Below, piece after piece: positions 47,905 through 59,726 of a stretch of DNA of 64,000 bases. The translations under genes were made by a program, and so were the position numbers. The stretch is taken from positions 1,984,001 through 2,048,000 of the forward strand of contig CATNEN010000041.1 of the NCBI GenBank assembly GCA_950097015.1. Reading direction: 5' to 3'. The stretch's first letter is position 1, and the number at the start of each line of letters is the position of its first letter. The notes beneath the pieces are model-generated. The model saw only the letters and a program-made list of their open reading frames with translations, was not told where the DNA came from and did not search any database. Origin of the DNA: Macrostomum hystrix. Lineage: Eukaryota > Animalia > Platyhelminthes.

Positions 47905-50270
47905 ATGCTCATGGAGAAAGAGTTGACAACAGCTCTCGAGGCTGGAGACGGCGAGCAGCTGCTGCAGCTCTGCTGCAAGCTCGACAGGAACCTCACACTC
48001 AGGATCGGAGGATACCCAGAAGGCGAGGTTGAGCAGACTCTGGCCCACCACATCGCCTGCCGAACCTGCCACCTACAGTGCCTGGAGATGCTGATCCACA
48101 GACTTGGCCCCGACTGCCTTGCCTGCCTAAACCAGTACAACCAGACGCCAGTGTACCTTGCAGCTCTCGCGCAGGACGAGACGTGGATGCAGGTGGTTCT
48201 CTGCGCCGCAGGTACGGACTGCTTCGGTCAACCGGGCCAGTTCGGTCGAACGGCGGTGCACGCCGCCGCCTCCAACGCTTGGACTGCATCCACGTTCCAC
48301 TGGCTGCTGCTGGAGCTTGGAAAAGACTGCCTGACCGTTCAGGACGACTTCGGCGACACGCCAGTCCACCAGGCAGCGATAAAGCGTGATTTTCGGACAA
48401 TGGAGTTGATCAAATCTCTGGCCGGCCTCTCAGTCTTCTACCAGCCCGGTCGGTGCCAGCGGACCGCCATCCACTGCGCTGCGATGAACCGACTCGACAA
48501 TTCGACTCTTAAGTGGCTTGTAGTAGAGTGCGGCAGCGACTGTCTGACTAAGAAGGATGGCCAGGGCAGCACACCGATCCACCTGTCCGCTCTCTACCAG
48601 ACTGACGAAGCATTGCAGTTCTTAGCCGACAAGATCGGCATGGAGGCATTCTCGATAAAGAACAACAGCGGAATGACAGTGGCGCACTTCGCCGCTCAGA
48701 ATTCCTCCAGCGACACGACCTTAGCCTGGTGCATCCGAAGCCTCGGCCCCGACTGCATGCTGGTCAGCGACTCTCGCGGCCGCACCCCAGCTCACCTGGC
48801 AGCGCAGAATCAGGGCACGGACTCAATCAGCGCAGCATCAGCGTGGAACTCCTTGAAGGACTCTCAGGAATCCCCAGTCTACCATCCGCAGGACGATGAG
48901 GGAAATCTAGCGTCAATCTATGCTGAAGTCAGCAGCAAGAACCAGAGGGTCGATCCCGGCCTGTCGGAAATTTTACAGCCCAATTCTGCACCATCCATAC
49001 AAAGCAGAAACAGCGTCTCTGAACTTCGAAGTGGAAACCAAAACCCAGCTTCCGGTCTTGCTGCTTCCAGCAAAGCGCCTGCTAAGACCGAAAGGACGGG
49101 ACGCCGAGCCTCTGAGGCGAGCAACCTGGCCTCGAACAGGAATTCCTTTGAGTTTCGACAGCAGCAGTCGGTTGCCATCCCGGCGAGGAGAGGCTCATGT
49201 GCCGAGACTTTGTATGTTAATGTTTCAGCCAACTTCTCTTGTGCAGCTGTTTCTGAAGAAATTTATCAAATTCATTCAAACAGAGTCTGTTGCTGCTGCT
49301 GAGACAACTAAGACCTTTATGCTTTCAGGAGCCTTACACTGTTGGATGCCAGCTTCAGCACTTGGGACTTCATCCTGGACAGAGATGGTAAGAAGCAGTT
49401 CCTTGGAAGCGGCGGTTTCGGCAAGGTGTACAAAGTGCTCACCGACAGGCTGCAGACAGTGGCCGTCAAGATCGTCAAACTCAACCGTAACGCAGACCCA
49501 CGCATGCTGGAAAAGACTATTGAACGCGAGAGACTTGGAATCGAGATTTTAAAGGACGTTCGTCACCAGAACATTGTGCATTTTCTCAAGTACGAGAGTA
49601 CCAACAAGGGCCAGTTCTGCATCTTCACTGAGCTGATCGCCGGGCACAACCTGCTGGACCTGATGAACCGACGAAGAAAGCCGTTTGAAGAAGCCGAGGT
49701 CAAGAAAATCACTTTTCAGGTGAATATATTGTATTGATAACGAAATTCACTGAAATTTATTGAAGGGCTCTAATTAAACTTTCTCGATACATTCAGGTCT
49801 GCACTGCGCTCAACTTCTTGCACAACTGGAAGCGGCCAATCATCCACAGAGATATCAAGTGCTCAAACATTATGCTCACCCATGAGAGCGTTGTCAAACT
49901 TATAGACTTCGGTCTAGCTAAGGAGATTCTTACAACCACACTTGAAGTCAGCACCGAGAACCTGGGAGGCACCTGGTACTACATGGCACCTGAGCTGTTT
50001 AGTGACGATGGTCGGATCGCGTACTCACCCAAAACCGACGTGTGGGCTTTCGGCTGCACAATATTCGAGATGCTGCACACGAGGCCTCCAAATGGCGAAG
50101 TAGCGGTTCAGTTGATTCCAGTGAGAATTCGCGATCGAGAAATGCCTGAAATTTCGGCTCTGCAGGTTTCGGACCAACTGAAGAGCTTGTACCGCAGATG
50201 CGTGGTGCGTCACCCCGGTCAGCGTGCGGACACCGAGGAGCTGCTGCGGCACAGCTTCTTGGATGTCTAG
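47905..50270 (+). CDS. Ankyrin-repeat Ser/Thr protein kinase (MAP3K/STE-like catalytic domain)
   Basis: Exons 47846 (acceptor; first ATG 47905)-49211, 49329-49719, 49797-50270 join in frame. About 8 ankyrin-like repeats (QTPVYLAA, GRTAVHAAA, GDTPVHQAA, GSTPIHLSA, GRTPAHLAA); kinase motifs GSGGFG, VAVK, HRDIKCSN, DFG, APE, DVWAFG intact. An upstream exon cannot be excluded. Confidence 0.9.
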
Positions 50271-51464
50271 AGCTCCACCGAAACCTTGATGACTCTGGAT
50301 GACTATTCAGATTATTCACGTTTTAGGACACAATGAGTTCAGTTGGCCCCCTGGCTCCATCAAAAAAAGGCAACCACATAGTCTCTGAGGCTCGTGGATA
50401 ACGCTGGGAAGCCTGTCTTACCTGTCTTTGCTATCACACTGCTTATTCGACCCAAGACAAGGTGTGCCATACATTTTAGTGTACTTTTGTCAAATCGAGG
50501 TGTCGGCATTACTCTGTACATGTTGTAAATGTCTTAATGTTTTTACTCAAATGTGATGTACTTCTTGGCTTCTTCTGTGAGCCAGATTTGAACTCTGATC
50601 ACCATGCAAAAGCAAATCAAACACATGGCCTAAAAGTATGCGCGAATTCTTCGCGTTCTCTTCTTCCTGCCTTTCTACGAGCCTGCAGGATCATATTTTA
50701 TTTGGTGGCATTTGTTGAAATTTTGGTGAAAATTTGTTACTCGTAGAGTCCCCGAGCACCAGAAACTTCTGTGTTGGCAAGTTTTCGGAGAGTACCTGCT
50801 GAGATGGGCCACACGAGTGCAAACCAACTCATGCAAAAGTTTTTACAGACCAAGCTCAAGAATTCCGAGCCAGCTCATTTATTCTCTTGAGTGCGCATGG
50901 GACTCACTTAAAAACTGTGTGTTACAAAACTTTGTCACCTTTGCCGTGTAACTCCACTTTTTCTCATTATGTTTATCTGTGCGCTCAACCCGCATTGAAA
51001 GACTGCTATAGTAGAACTAGCTGGAAAGTAAGTACTAAGTACTAAAGCTAACTACTTGTGGTCCTTGTCCGCATTAATCAGGTCTAATTTCAGTTTATCA
51101 TCATTTTAGCGGTTTGAAATGGACAATTCGGCGTTGAGAATCCGCACCGAATGTTGAGATATACATTTATGTAATTTTAAAGCCAAACGTATTACAAGCC
51201 TAATGATATAGTTACAGCCCATAGCTATCAATGAGCAATGCCATGTTTAAATGAGCATGAGATGAATGAGATTTAAGTAAGATGCAGCCAGGAAAATTAT
51301 GTCACGAATTCCAAAATATGCAATTCTTTTTGCTAATGGCGAACGAGCTTCCAAGCATTCAATAGGTCAAAGGCCTCAGACTCCCAGTAGCAGGGCCAGA
51401 AAGGTTACAACAACGTCAGCTATCAGCAGCAGGAATAGGCAGTAGTGCAGAACCCGCCACGGCT

Positions 51465-52490
51465 TCAGATTTTTTCTGTCGGCGTCCTCCACCACGGAGC
51501 TGCTGCGATCCACTCCCCGAGGTGGCAGCGCTCGCAGAAGGAGAACGGCACGCGGAACATAAAACTCAAGCAGGCCAGCAGCAGGGTGCTCACCGGGGGC
51601 AGAAGCAGCTTGATCAGGCTCTCATTCGACAGGTAGTGCCTGAACGCACCCAGGTATTGGCCTCGCAGCGCGTTCAGTGGAATGCTCTGCAGTACAGAGA
51701 CCAGAAAGCTGAGCAACAGGGGCGGTGCGGCTGAGTCGCATCCACTTACCGCTGACAGGTGTGTCGGATCGGCCTGTTAAGAATTTTGTATGGCAATTAG
51801 AGAAAGTCTTGAATTGAGCAGATAGTTGAATTCGAGCTTACCACCGGCGCTGCGCCATCGGATGCGACCGCGTAGATGTTGTCGCCGTCGTACACGTTTC
51901 TCTGCGAAGTGCTGCTGCTGCCTTTACCTGCTAAATTTGGTTGGGATTAAACAAATTGAAATTTGAATCGAAAATTCGGCATCTGTTGAGCTTTGACTCA
52001 ATTGAACAAATGAGTTATAAACGGCTGTCCTAAAGTGCATGTATCGAAGCGCTTTAAAGCAGCAAACGTATCGTGAGAAGAGAACTTTTTAGTACAACCC
52101 ATGCAGATTAACAATGCCAAGGCTCACTTTCTTCGATGTCGACGCTGCAGCAGGAGATGCCGAACACGATGATGAAGCTGGACAGGATCGGGGCAGACAG
52201 CATTAGAAAAAAAATGTACAACGGCCGCACATGCATGATGTTTGCGCTGCAGGAGCGGCTCTCGCAGTGGCAATAGGCCTCAAGGTATTTTAATTGGGAC
52301 AGGTAGTGTTGAAAGTCACTGGATTTAATTCTGTGGCTGCAACGCAGCTGAGCAGGAACTCCAGGATGTACAGGAAAGCAGTGCACGGCAGGAACAGCCA
52401 CTTGGTGAGGCACATGCCGATCTGGCCACGTTCCACGGGCTCTTCGACTGCCGTGTCCAGGGCTTTTGGGATATTGGCGGCCAGCTCCAT
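51465..52490 (-). CDS. Multi-pass membrane protein of unknown family, frameshift at ~52295
   Basis: Hydrophobic segments KWLFLPCTAFLYILEFLLSCVAA, PLYIFFLMLSAPILSSFIIVFGISCC, LLSFLVSVLQSIP, LLLPPVSTLLLACLSFMF; GT-AG-bounded exons near 52119, 51840-51930 and ~51720. The first two segments lie in different frames. Confidence 0.5.
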
Positions 52491-55446
52491 TGTATTGGCT
52501 CAGGTTGCTTTTCACAATTCAGGTGAATTTCGACCGGACCGAAACGATTCCGGTCGTTTTTCAGAATGTGTACCTAATATTTTTAATGGCCCAAATCTCT
52601 ACACCATGTGGTATAATCGTATTTAAGCTCTACCCACCTTTGAGTTTGAATAAGCTTTGAAATTTGGCAATAAATTAATGGTAATTCTGTTTTCCGAATA
52701 GAAGAAAATTTTCATAACTAATTATTTCCAGCCAGCTAATTAAAAATTCTTATGTTTTAGCGGAGCAAAACAACAAATTAAATTCTTCGTGAGATTTTTT
52801 ATCAGGTTATAATTTATATTAAATTAGTATATACATTAACATAAGGCACAATTTCTAGAACGTGCTCGCAATTATCTGTCAAACAAATCTATCTAATTGC
52901 AATTCAGAAGCACCATATTATTAAGTTGCCATCTTTTAATTTTTTAAACCAAATAAAAACAGGTTTAGCTTCTAAAGTGCGTTTAAGTATTTAGTGCAGA
53001 TACATTCTATTAGGCGCTTTGTTATATTAACAAAAAGCTAAAATTTAAATCTGTTCTGAAAGCTGGATAATTCAGAAAAAGTTTCGTTATGTACACAACG
53101 CCATTGAAGAACCATTTTTACTTAATTGTAGTTAGTAGTGCAATGCAAGTACCCATTTGAAAGTGTCGTGCATTTAATAATGTATCCAGATATTTTATTC
53201 TAATTAAATTACATGGCCGAGCAATGTAATTTGTCCCGTCATTATTTCAAAGTGTAAAACGCAACTTAAAATATTTTACAAATGGACTAGTTAATAGTTT
53301 TTGTGGCTTACTATTTTATATGTTATCTCTGTTTTACTGACTGTCTGTAGTTCAATGCAAAGTTTTTTAATGTTTTGGAGACGTCGCCAAATTTTCCATC
53401 TTATCAATATTTTCATGTTTATATATTTTGCATGTTTGCTTATTTTTTAGACTAGAAGTTACAAACTTAAGGAAAAGTTTTTTAAGTCCTAAAAATGTAT
53501 ATTTAGACACGTTTTTTCTGAAACCTTCTAACTTAATAAGAATGCCTAATATTTGCTAAATGCTATTGACTGTAGAGTGTAGAGTGGAATCAATACAATG
53601 CCACTGGTGAGAATCATGCTTTTGATTTTTTACAAGTACATTTTTTATATTTCTATAAAAGGCACTCCATGAAGTTCCTATTTCACCAATCTAGCCAGTT
53701 GGACCTAGAATGGGGTTAGGTAGAGCACAGCCTATAGACTTGTTTTTATAGATAGACTAGTTAACATTTTTATTTGGCTTATCGGCATATATTTACTTCT
53801 ATTTGTGAAATTCTTTTTTTAATTTAAAATCATGCCAAATGCACAGAAACAAAACAAAACACCAGGCAAACAGTTCAGTGGAGAAACAAATCAGTTTATA
53901 GTAGTCATAACAATTCAGTTCAGTTTAATTCAGTTTAGTTTAGTTTACTTTGCTGTTATATAGGGTAGTAGTGATGAATCCAGTACAAAATGCTACAGAA
54001 AGCCAACGCATGGTCTCATCCTTATTTGGCGTTATTGACAATAGGTTCCTTGCATTGAGGTTGAGCTTTGTCAGTGCTTGAGCTGGCAGAACTTCATTGG
54101 GAGGCACAATCCATGAAGGTCTAGGTGGTGGTCTAGCCATTCTCAGTTAGAAGCTTAGAAATATTGTCTGATTGAAGTCACTAGTGAAGGTTAAAATGTT
54201 TCTACAATTCTTTCTGCTTTTCAGATGCTGCCAAGCTGGTTATGGCCATAGACAGCTATAGAAAATTCCATGCCACATCATTTCCATGCGTTTGGCACCA
54301 TTTAAAATTAAAACTATAATTTTGCAAACAAAAGTAAATTTATGCCGGCTTAACTCCCCACACTGAACATTTGCCACAGACAAGTTCCCCAAACCCCAGA
54401 AACAGCATTAGTTCATTAAATGCCAACAAATTCAATCAATGTGATTGAAATTCCAAGTTGTCAATGATTTGAAATAAAACTTTTCAGAAAAACTGTTTAA
54501 TCAACAATTTGAAAAGAATGCCTTGTATATAGCATATAGCAATAGCAAGAATATAGGCATATTGCAAGCTTAGTCCCCAAAATTAAAGAAAGTAAAAAAT
54601 GATATTAGTAAATAAACTGTATTTACATGCCTGATTTTTCTATAGTCTAGATCAGGTATAGTGTATGCCAAACTAAAATATCAGATTTTTTATAATATAC
54701 TAAAAACTACTCATATTGTACACCAACTCCCAAAATTGTCATTGAAAGTATATGCCAATCTGCCAATTCCAACCAAAATAAAAAATCTAAATAAGAAATG
54801 AGATTAACTTAAGCAAATTTAAAGACAAAGTGAAACAAAAAAACAAAAAATACATTATAAATAATACACTGTTTTATTTAGATAAGAAGTGTAACATATA
54901 TTATTTTACCAAATTATTATGGATTTACAAAAATGCTGGTGAATTATACTTAAAAGCAAGACTTTTGATTTTTTAAACAGTCATGTAAGTTCACTTGCAA
55001 CTCAGTGCTCATTTACACCAAGTGGATAGATACCAAATGTCTATACACAACAAGTTGAAACTGGTATATATTCAACTTGATTAGCATGAATGAGGGTACA
55101 CCAATAGCCTTTGAAGACACAAATGTACACCAAACTAGTTCCTAGAGCTAGTTATAAGCTACTTTCTGGAATATGGCTTTATATTTATCCATAATTAAAA
55201 AACATGAAAAATCAACCACTTCATGTTTTAATAATAGTCATGACTTGTAAGTTCCTTCACACTATATACTGTGCAGTGTGTTGTTGGTTATTGTGATGTA
55301 ATATGAATGATAATTAATATATATGATTTCAAGGCTAGTTTATATAGGTAGGTAGGTAGTTATGAGTTTTTGTATATTGGATATATCTATTAGATCTATA
55401 TCTATTGTGAACATAATGCGCAACACCCGGCCAACCTGGTCAAATC

Positions 55447-55817
55447 CAGTGGCGCAACCAGGGGGGCGGAGGGTGGCAGCCGCCCCCCTTCAGCCCACGG
55501 GGCAATGTACGCTTGTTAATTTATTACCTTATCTCATTCCCTGTCTCATTCCGAATTCCAATGTACATAGACCAAAGACCAAGTCCAAGACCATTGGTCA
55601 TATATTAATTTTCAAGCTTTCATTATAATCATGTGTGTGTTCTGCTTTTTTAAACCTTATAAATCATGTGGGCCCTACCCTACCAGCCCTTGAAATTCGC
55701 CTAGGAATGGTGGGCAAAAACTGCAAAACAGAGTGTGCTACACCTGGTGGCCACCCCCCTTCGGCCCACAGGGCAACCCCCCGCCCCCCCCTAAGGCAAA
55801 ACCTGGTTGCGGTGCTG
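55447..55817. mobile_element. hAT-type MITE (371 bp) with 8-bp TSD
   Basis: TIRs CAGTGGCGCAACCAGG / CCTGGTTGCGGTGCTG (13/16 match); flanks GTCAAATC (55439-55446) and GCCAAATC (55818-55825), 7/8 match. Confidence 0.8.
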
Positions 55818-57199
55818 GCCAAATCAGCTGGGTGAAATAAAAACCAAGCAAAGTAAGTAGCAAAAATCTAAAGACAAAAGGCAAAAAAAATTAAAGAGGA
55901 GACCAAGAGTCAAAAAGGGAAAAAGGAAAGCACAAAGAAGAGGAAAGAAATGTAGAAAGAGAAGAGAGAAAAGACACAGTTAGCTCAACATAACTGTAAG
56001 CTATAAAAATATTTTTTTTTACTTCTGATTAGCTATAGCTACTTTGACTTAAACTTTTTTTAACTGAAAAAGATAAGTTACTAGCTTGACAAAATCCAAG
56101 CTACTAATACTTAGGTCAGGTTGCCTCTAATAGTATGGTGATGTACTACACAATAAGTACTATAGGGTACTTAGATGATTATGAATGATTTTTTTCTGGC
56201 TAGCTAGTTACCCTAATTTTACCAGAATAATAATATAACTTTATAGGAGTTGATGTTCAAAACCTATAGAGATGCTTTAAGGCCAAGTTTAAATTGTTTT
56301 CACCACACTGTAGCATTGTATAGTGATGCTAATAGTATAGAGAAGTGTCTAAATTCATTAAAAAATTGTATTATAATTCTAGATTCTATGTATGGGCTGG
56401 CACTTTTTCTTAATGGAATTACAAAAAATAACTTGGTTCCAATTGCATCAATTAGCAGTTGGACTTAAGGTTCTTGCAACAATGGCTGCTGTTTTGCAGA
56501 CTTTCTCTTCTGCCAGTGGTTTCAATGCACTGACAGATGAAAGATACTGAACATTGTATTTTCTTTGTCATTCGGCAAGCTTGTATAATGTTTCAGTGCT
56601 GACCTCTGTCAGGTGTTTGATCACAAGCCAAGGGCATTTGTTTGACAGTCTATTAGTGGTCCACGATTCTGTGGCTGATTGTCCACAAAAGCTAATAAAG
56701 CCTTTTTTCATCTTTGCATTGTTAATTTTTTCTGTAAGAATCAATTCAAGGGTTGAATTCAAAGTGTGATATATGATTATTTTTTGTTTTGTTCTTGTTT
56801 TTTTGACTTTTTCTTTTCGTAGCTCATTCCCAACCCTGACTGTTGGCACAATCGTTTTAAGTTGTGGTCGAATGCTCTTGTCAGACTTGTTCTCTGTCTG
56901 AAGCAGCATTAGCCTAGGTTGATTGCTTCTAACGTAAGCTAAAAAATTATGTAATACATGATTCAACCATTAAAATTTAGGAGCTGGGCAAAATTTGTGG
57001 CAAATTCTCCACCCGAGACTACTCTGGGGACTTTCAACTGGCTACGCTCCAATCAGAATTTATAAGCGATATGGATTGTTAAGCATATCAATGCATATTT
57101 TTCAATACACATCGACTCCCATTGGACCCCGCAGCACCAGCCAGTCAGGGCGGCCGCTCTGCAGACAAGACGAGTCGCGCGCGCCCGCCGCCGCAGGAC

Positions 57200-59509
57200 A
57201 TGGGGTCCTCCAACCAGGAGGACCCCCTACCCAAGGAGGTGTATTCCAGGTGGGCTGACTGGCTGCTGGGCTCTGCAGAGTCGCTCTGGGGCCAGGAGTC
57301 GCCGGATCAGCAGTGGTCTGAGAGCAAAGAGGAGGACCTGGAGATGCGCCTGCCAGCTGAACTGCTCAGTGATATTAACAATGCCACGGCTGAGCTGCCC
57401 CCGCCTCAGCAGCCCGGCCTGATGCTGCCGCCGCCACAGCCACCGCCGTTGTCCCTTCAGCATGCGGCGCTGCCTTCGCATCCGCCGCCGCTTACCCTGC
57501 CAGGACAGAGGCCGCTGGACGCCAACATTGTCGGTAACCACGGCGAGCGTCGTGAGCGAACGGTGTCAGCCAGCTCTGCGGCAATGCGGGCCATGCGCCT
57601 ATCGCAGATACCGCCGCTTATGCCTCAGCCACCGACTCTTACCGCTAGACAACAGCAGCAGCAGCAACAGCACCATCAGCGACCGGCTTCTACCAGCAGT
57701 GTTGGTGCACCTTTAACCTCATCTACGCGACAACCGCGCAGGCGACAGAACCGGCAGGTGACGCCACCTACTGCCACAGCTGCAGCCTCGCAGCTACAAG
57801 CGACTGCTACCACTGCGACAGGAGCAACTGCGGCCAATGCCACTGGCGGAGCATCTTCGGTGGCCGCAGCCTCAAACTCAGTACCACCACCGCCGCCTCC
57901 TCCGCCGGCGCCAACACCAGCGGCACCTACCGGTCAGGACAGTAGCAAGAAGCCGACCTACTCCGACATCATTAAGAAGCAGAATGCGGCCGCCGCAGCA
58001 GCAGCGGCGATTTCATCAGCCGCCTCGACAAATTCGTCATCGCCGAGCCATCAGCGACCGGTGAGCGGCGGCAGTCCAGTGAGGCCTCAGGCAACCACTG
58101 CCCCTCCTGCGAAGCGCGAAGCCTCTTCTGCTTCGTCGGCTGGTGCGCGCTCCACTGCGCCTGTTTCGTTGCCAGCTCCAACAACTGCGCCAGCCTCGTC
58201 CGAGTCAGCGACCTCGTCCAGTTCTGGGCGGCGCGGCAGTCGTCAAGTGGGCAGCGGACGGCCCGGCTATCAAGTCCCCACAGGAGCGCCAGCCTCAAAG
58301 CCGCATCAAGCATCCCAACAGCGGAAGCTGTCTGACAGCGGCCCCCGGTCAGCAACCATCGATTCGTCACAACCGTCTGTGCCGCAGCCATCGTTCACGG
58401 ATGACCGGCGGCAGCAGCAGCTGCTCAACAACGCCAAGCCTCTGCCGCCCGGGCATTGTGGCGCCACAGCTGGATTTATCAATAACCTTCGCCGCGGCTC
58501 CTGCGACAGCAGTAGCCTCGACGACAGCGGCGGCAGCGGCAGCGGTGGGGCCAGCCGTCAACATGCCGGCCTGCCTGACTCCGGTAAGGCCGTAGCCGGC
58601 ATCGCTAGCATCTCTCGGCGTCGCCAAGCAGCCAACGTGTCTGCTAGCACCGCTCGCTCCGCGGATGTTGGGAGATTCGCTTCGGGTCGCGGCAGCCGTG
58701 GCGGGGGTCTCGTTGAAGGCGCTTCGCTGCTTCTTGTGGCCTTCTTTCAGCTGCTGCTGTGCTGCGTGCGCTCCCTGGCATCTGGCGCAGTCGGGCTTTT
58801 CCTGTCCGGCCTAGCCTGGTGCCGCCAGCACCGACAGCAGCGTCGGCGACGCCGCCGACCTGCCTGGCTTCCAGCTGGCCTTCAGGCGAATGTCGAACTG
58901 CCGCTGACTGCGGAGGATACGGTGCGCCGCCTACTGGCCTGCCAGGACCACCGCGACGCCTACAGCATCCTCGGCGTCCGGCGCGATGCGGATCAGCGGG
59001 AGATCGTGCAGCACTGCCGGCACCAGCTGCGCCTGCTTCAGGGCGCATCCGTTCCCGGCGTTCTTGAAGCCAGTCAGCTGCTGCAGCGCGCCTTTGCCCT
59101 GCTGGACGGCCCCGCAAATAGGCGAGAATTCGACAGCGGTGCTGCCGGTGGTCACATGGACATGGCTCAGCTCGCCGCCGACCTGCAGCTGGCTGTGCAT
59201 CGCTTGCCGTGCGCCGGGTGCTCCGGCCGGCATCTCTGGCTGCCCACCGACCTTAGCCCGCAGGCCGCCCGCTACTGCTCCGCGTGCAGAGCCCGGCACG
59301 CGGCCCAGGACGGAGACCTTTGGGCCGAGTCGCGCCTGCTGGGCTTGCGCCGGGTTTTCCTCGCCTGCCAGGATGGTCGCGTCTGCCAGGTGAACGAGCT
59401 AGCCCGCTGCCAAGCCGAGCTGTTCAGCAAACTGCAGCCTGACTGCCACCGCTGCCAGCTGCGCCGACTGGACGGACCGCCGCCGTATCGATTTTGCTTC
59501 AGAAAGTAG
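57200..59509 (+). CDS. DNAJC14: DNAJC14/DRiP78-like protein (low-complexity N-terminus, TM segment, degenerate J domain, Jiv90 domain), single coding exon
   Basis: C-terminal CAGCSGRH..PQAARYCSACRARHAAQDGDLWAESRLLGL..CQDGRV..ELARCQ..PDCH matches the Jiv90 pattern ([50 protein letters not shown]..PDTH); DAYSILGV opens the J domain. Acceptor CCGCAG just before the ATG at 57200. Confidence 0.88.
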   Translation: MGSSNQEDPLPKEVYSRWADWLLGSAESLWGQESPDQQWSESKEEDLEMRLPAELLSDINNATAELPPPQQPGLMLPPPQPPPLSLQHAALPSHPPPLTLPGQRPLDANIVGNHGERRERTVSASSAAMRAMRLSQIPPLMPQPPTLTARQQQQQQQHHQRPASTSSVGAPLTSSTRQPRRRQNRQVTPPTATAAASQLQATATTATGATAANATGGASSVAAASNSVPPPPPPPPAPTPAAPTGQDSSKKPTYSDIIKKQNAAAAAAAAISSAASTNSSSPSHQRPVSGGSPVRPQATTAPPAKREASSASSAGARSTAPVSLPAPTTAPASSESATSSSSGRRGSRQVGSGRPGYQVPTGAPASKPHQASQQRKLSDSGPRSATIDSSQPSVPQPSFTDDRRQQQLLNNAKPLPPGHCGATAGFINNLRRGSCDSSSLDDSGGSGSGGASRQHAGLPDSGKAVAGIASISRRRQAANVSASTARSADVGRFASGRGSRGGGLVEGASLLLVAFFQLLLCCVRSLASGAVGLFLSGLAWCRQHRQQRRRRRRPAWLPAGLQANVELPLTAEDTVRRLLACQDHRDAYSILGVRRDADQREIVQHCRHQLRLLQGASVPGVLEASQLLQRAFALLDGPANRREFDSGAAGGHMDMAQLAADLQLAVHRLPCAGCSGRHLWLPTDLSPQAARYCSACRARHAAQDGDLWAESRLLGLRRVFLACQDGRVCQVNELARCQAELFSKLQPDCHRCQLRRLDGPPPYRFCFRK

Positions 59510-59726
59510 TGCACTCTCTTACTCTACCCTCTGCTTGTCCCTGTTCTGTTTGCTTTGATTTAGCGCGTCTGCTGAGCTGTGGGAGCCTGGGCGCCTGGGT
59601 CTTGTTGGCCAATCTAGGGTACTATTGGATCCTGGTATAATGACTATAAGCCTATAATGTATACTTTAAGTAGCTAGTTATGATTTGTATATAGGATGTC
59701 CAAATTGTACGTCGGGAGTGGGTGAG

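Noticed and set aside
26116-59514. Numerous antisense or alternative-frame ORFs overlapping the GPCR, kinase, RT and DNAJC14-like genes
   Set aside because: Expected shadows of GC-rich coding sequence.
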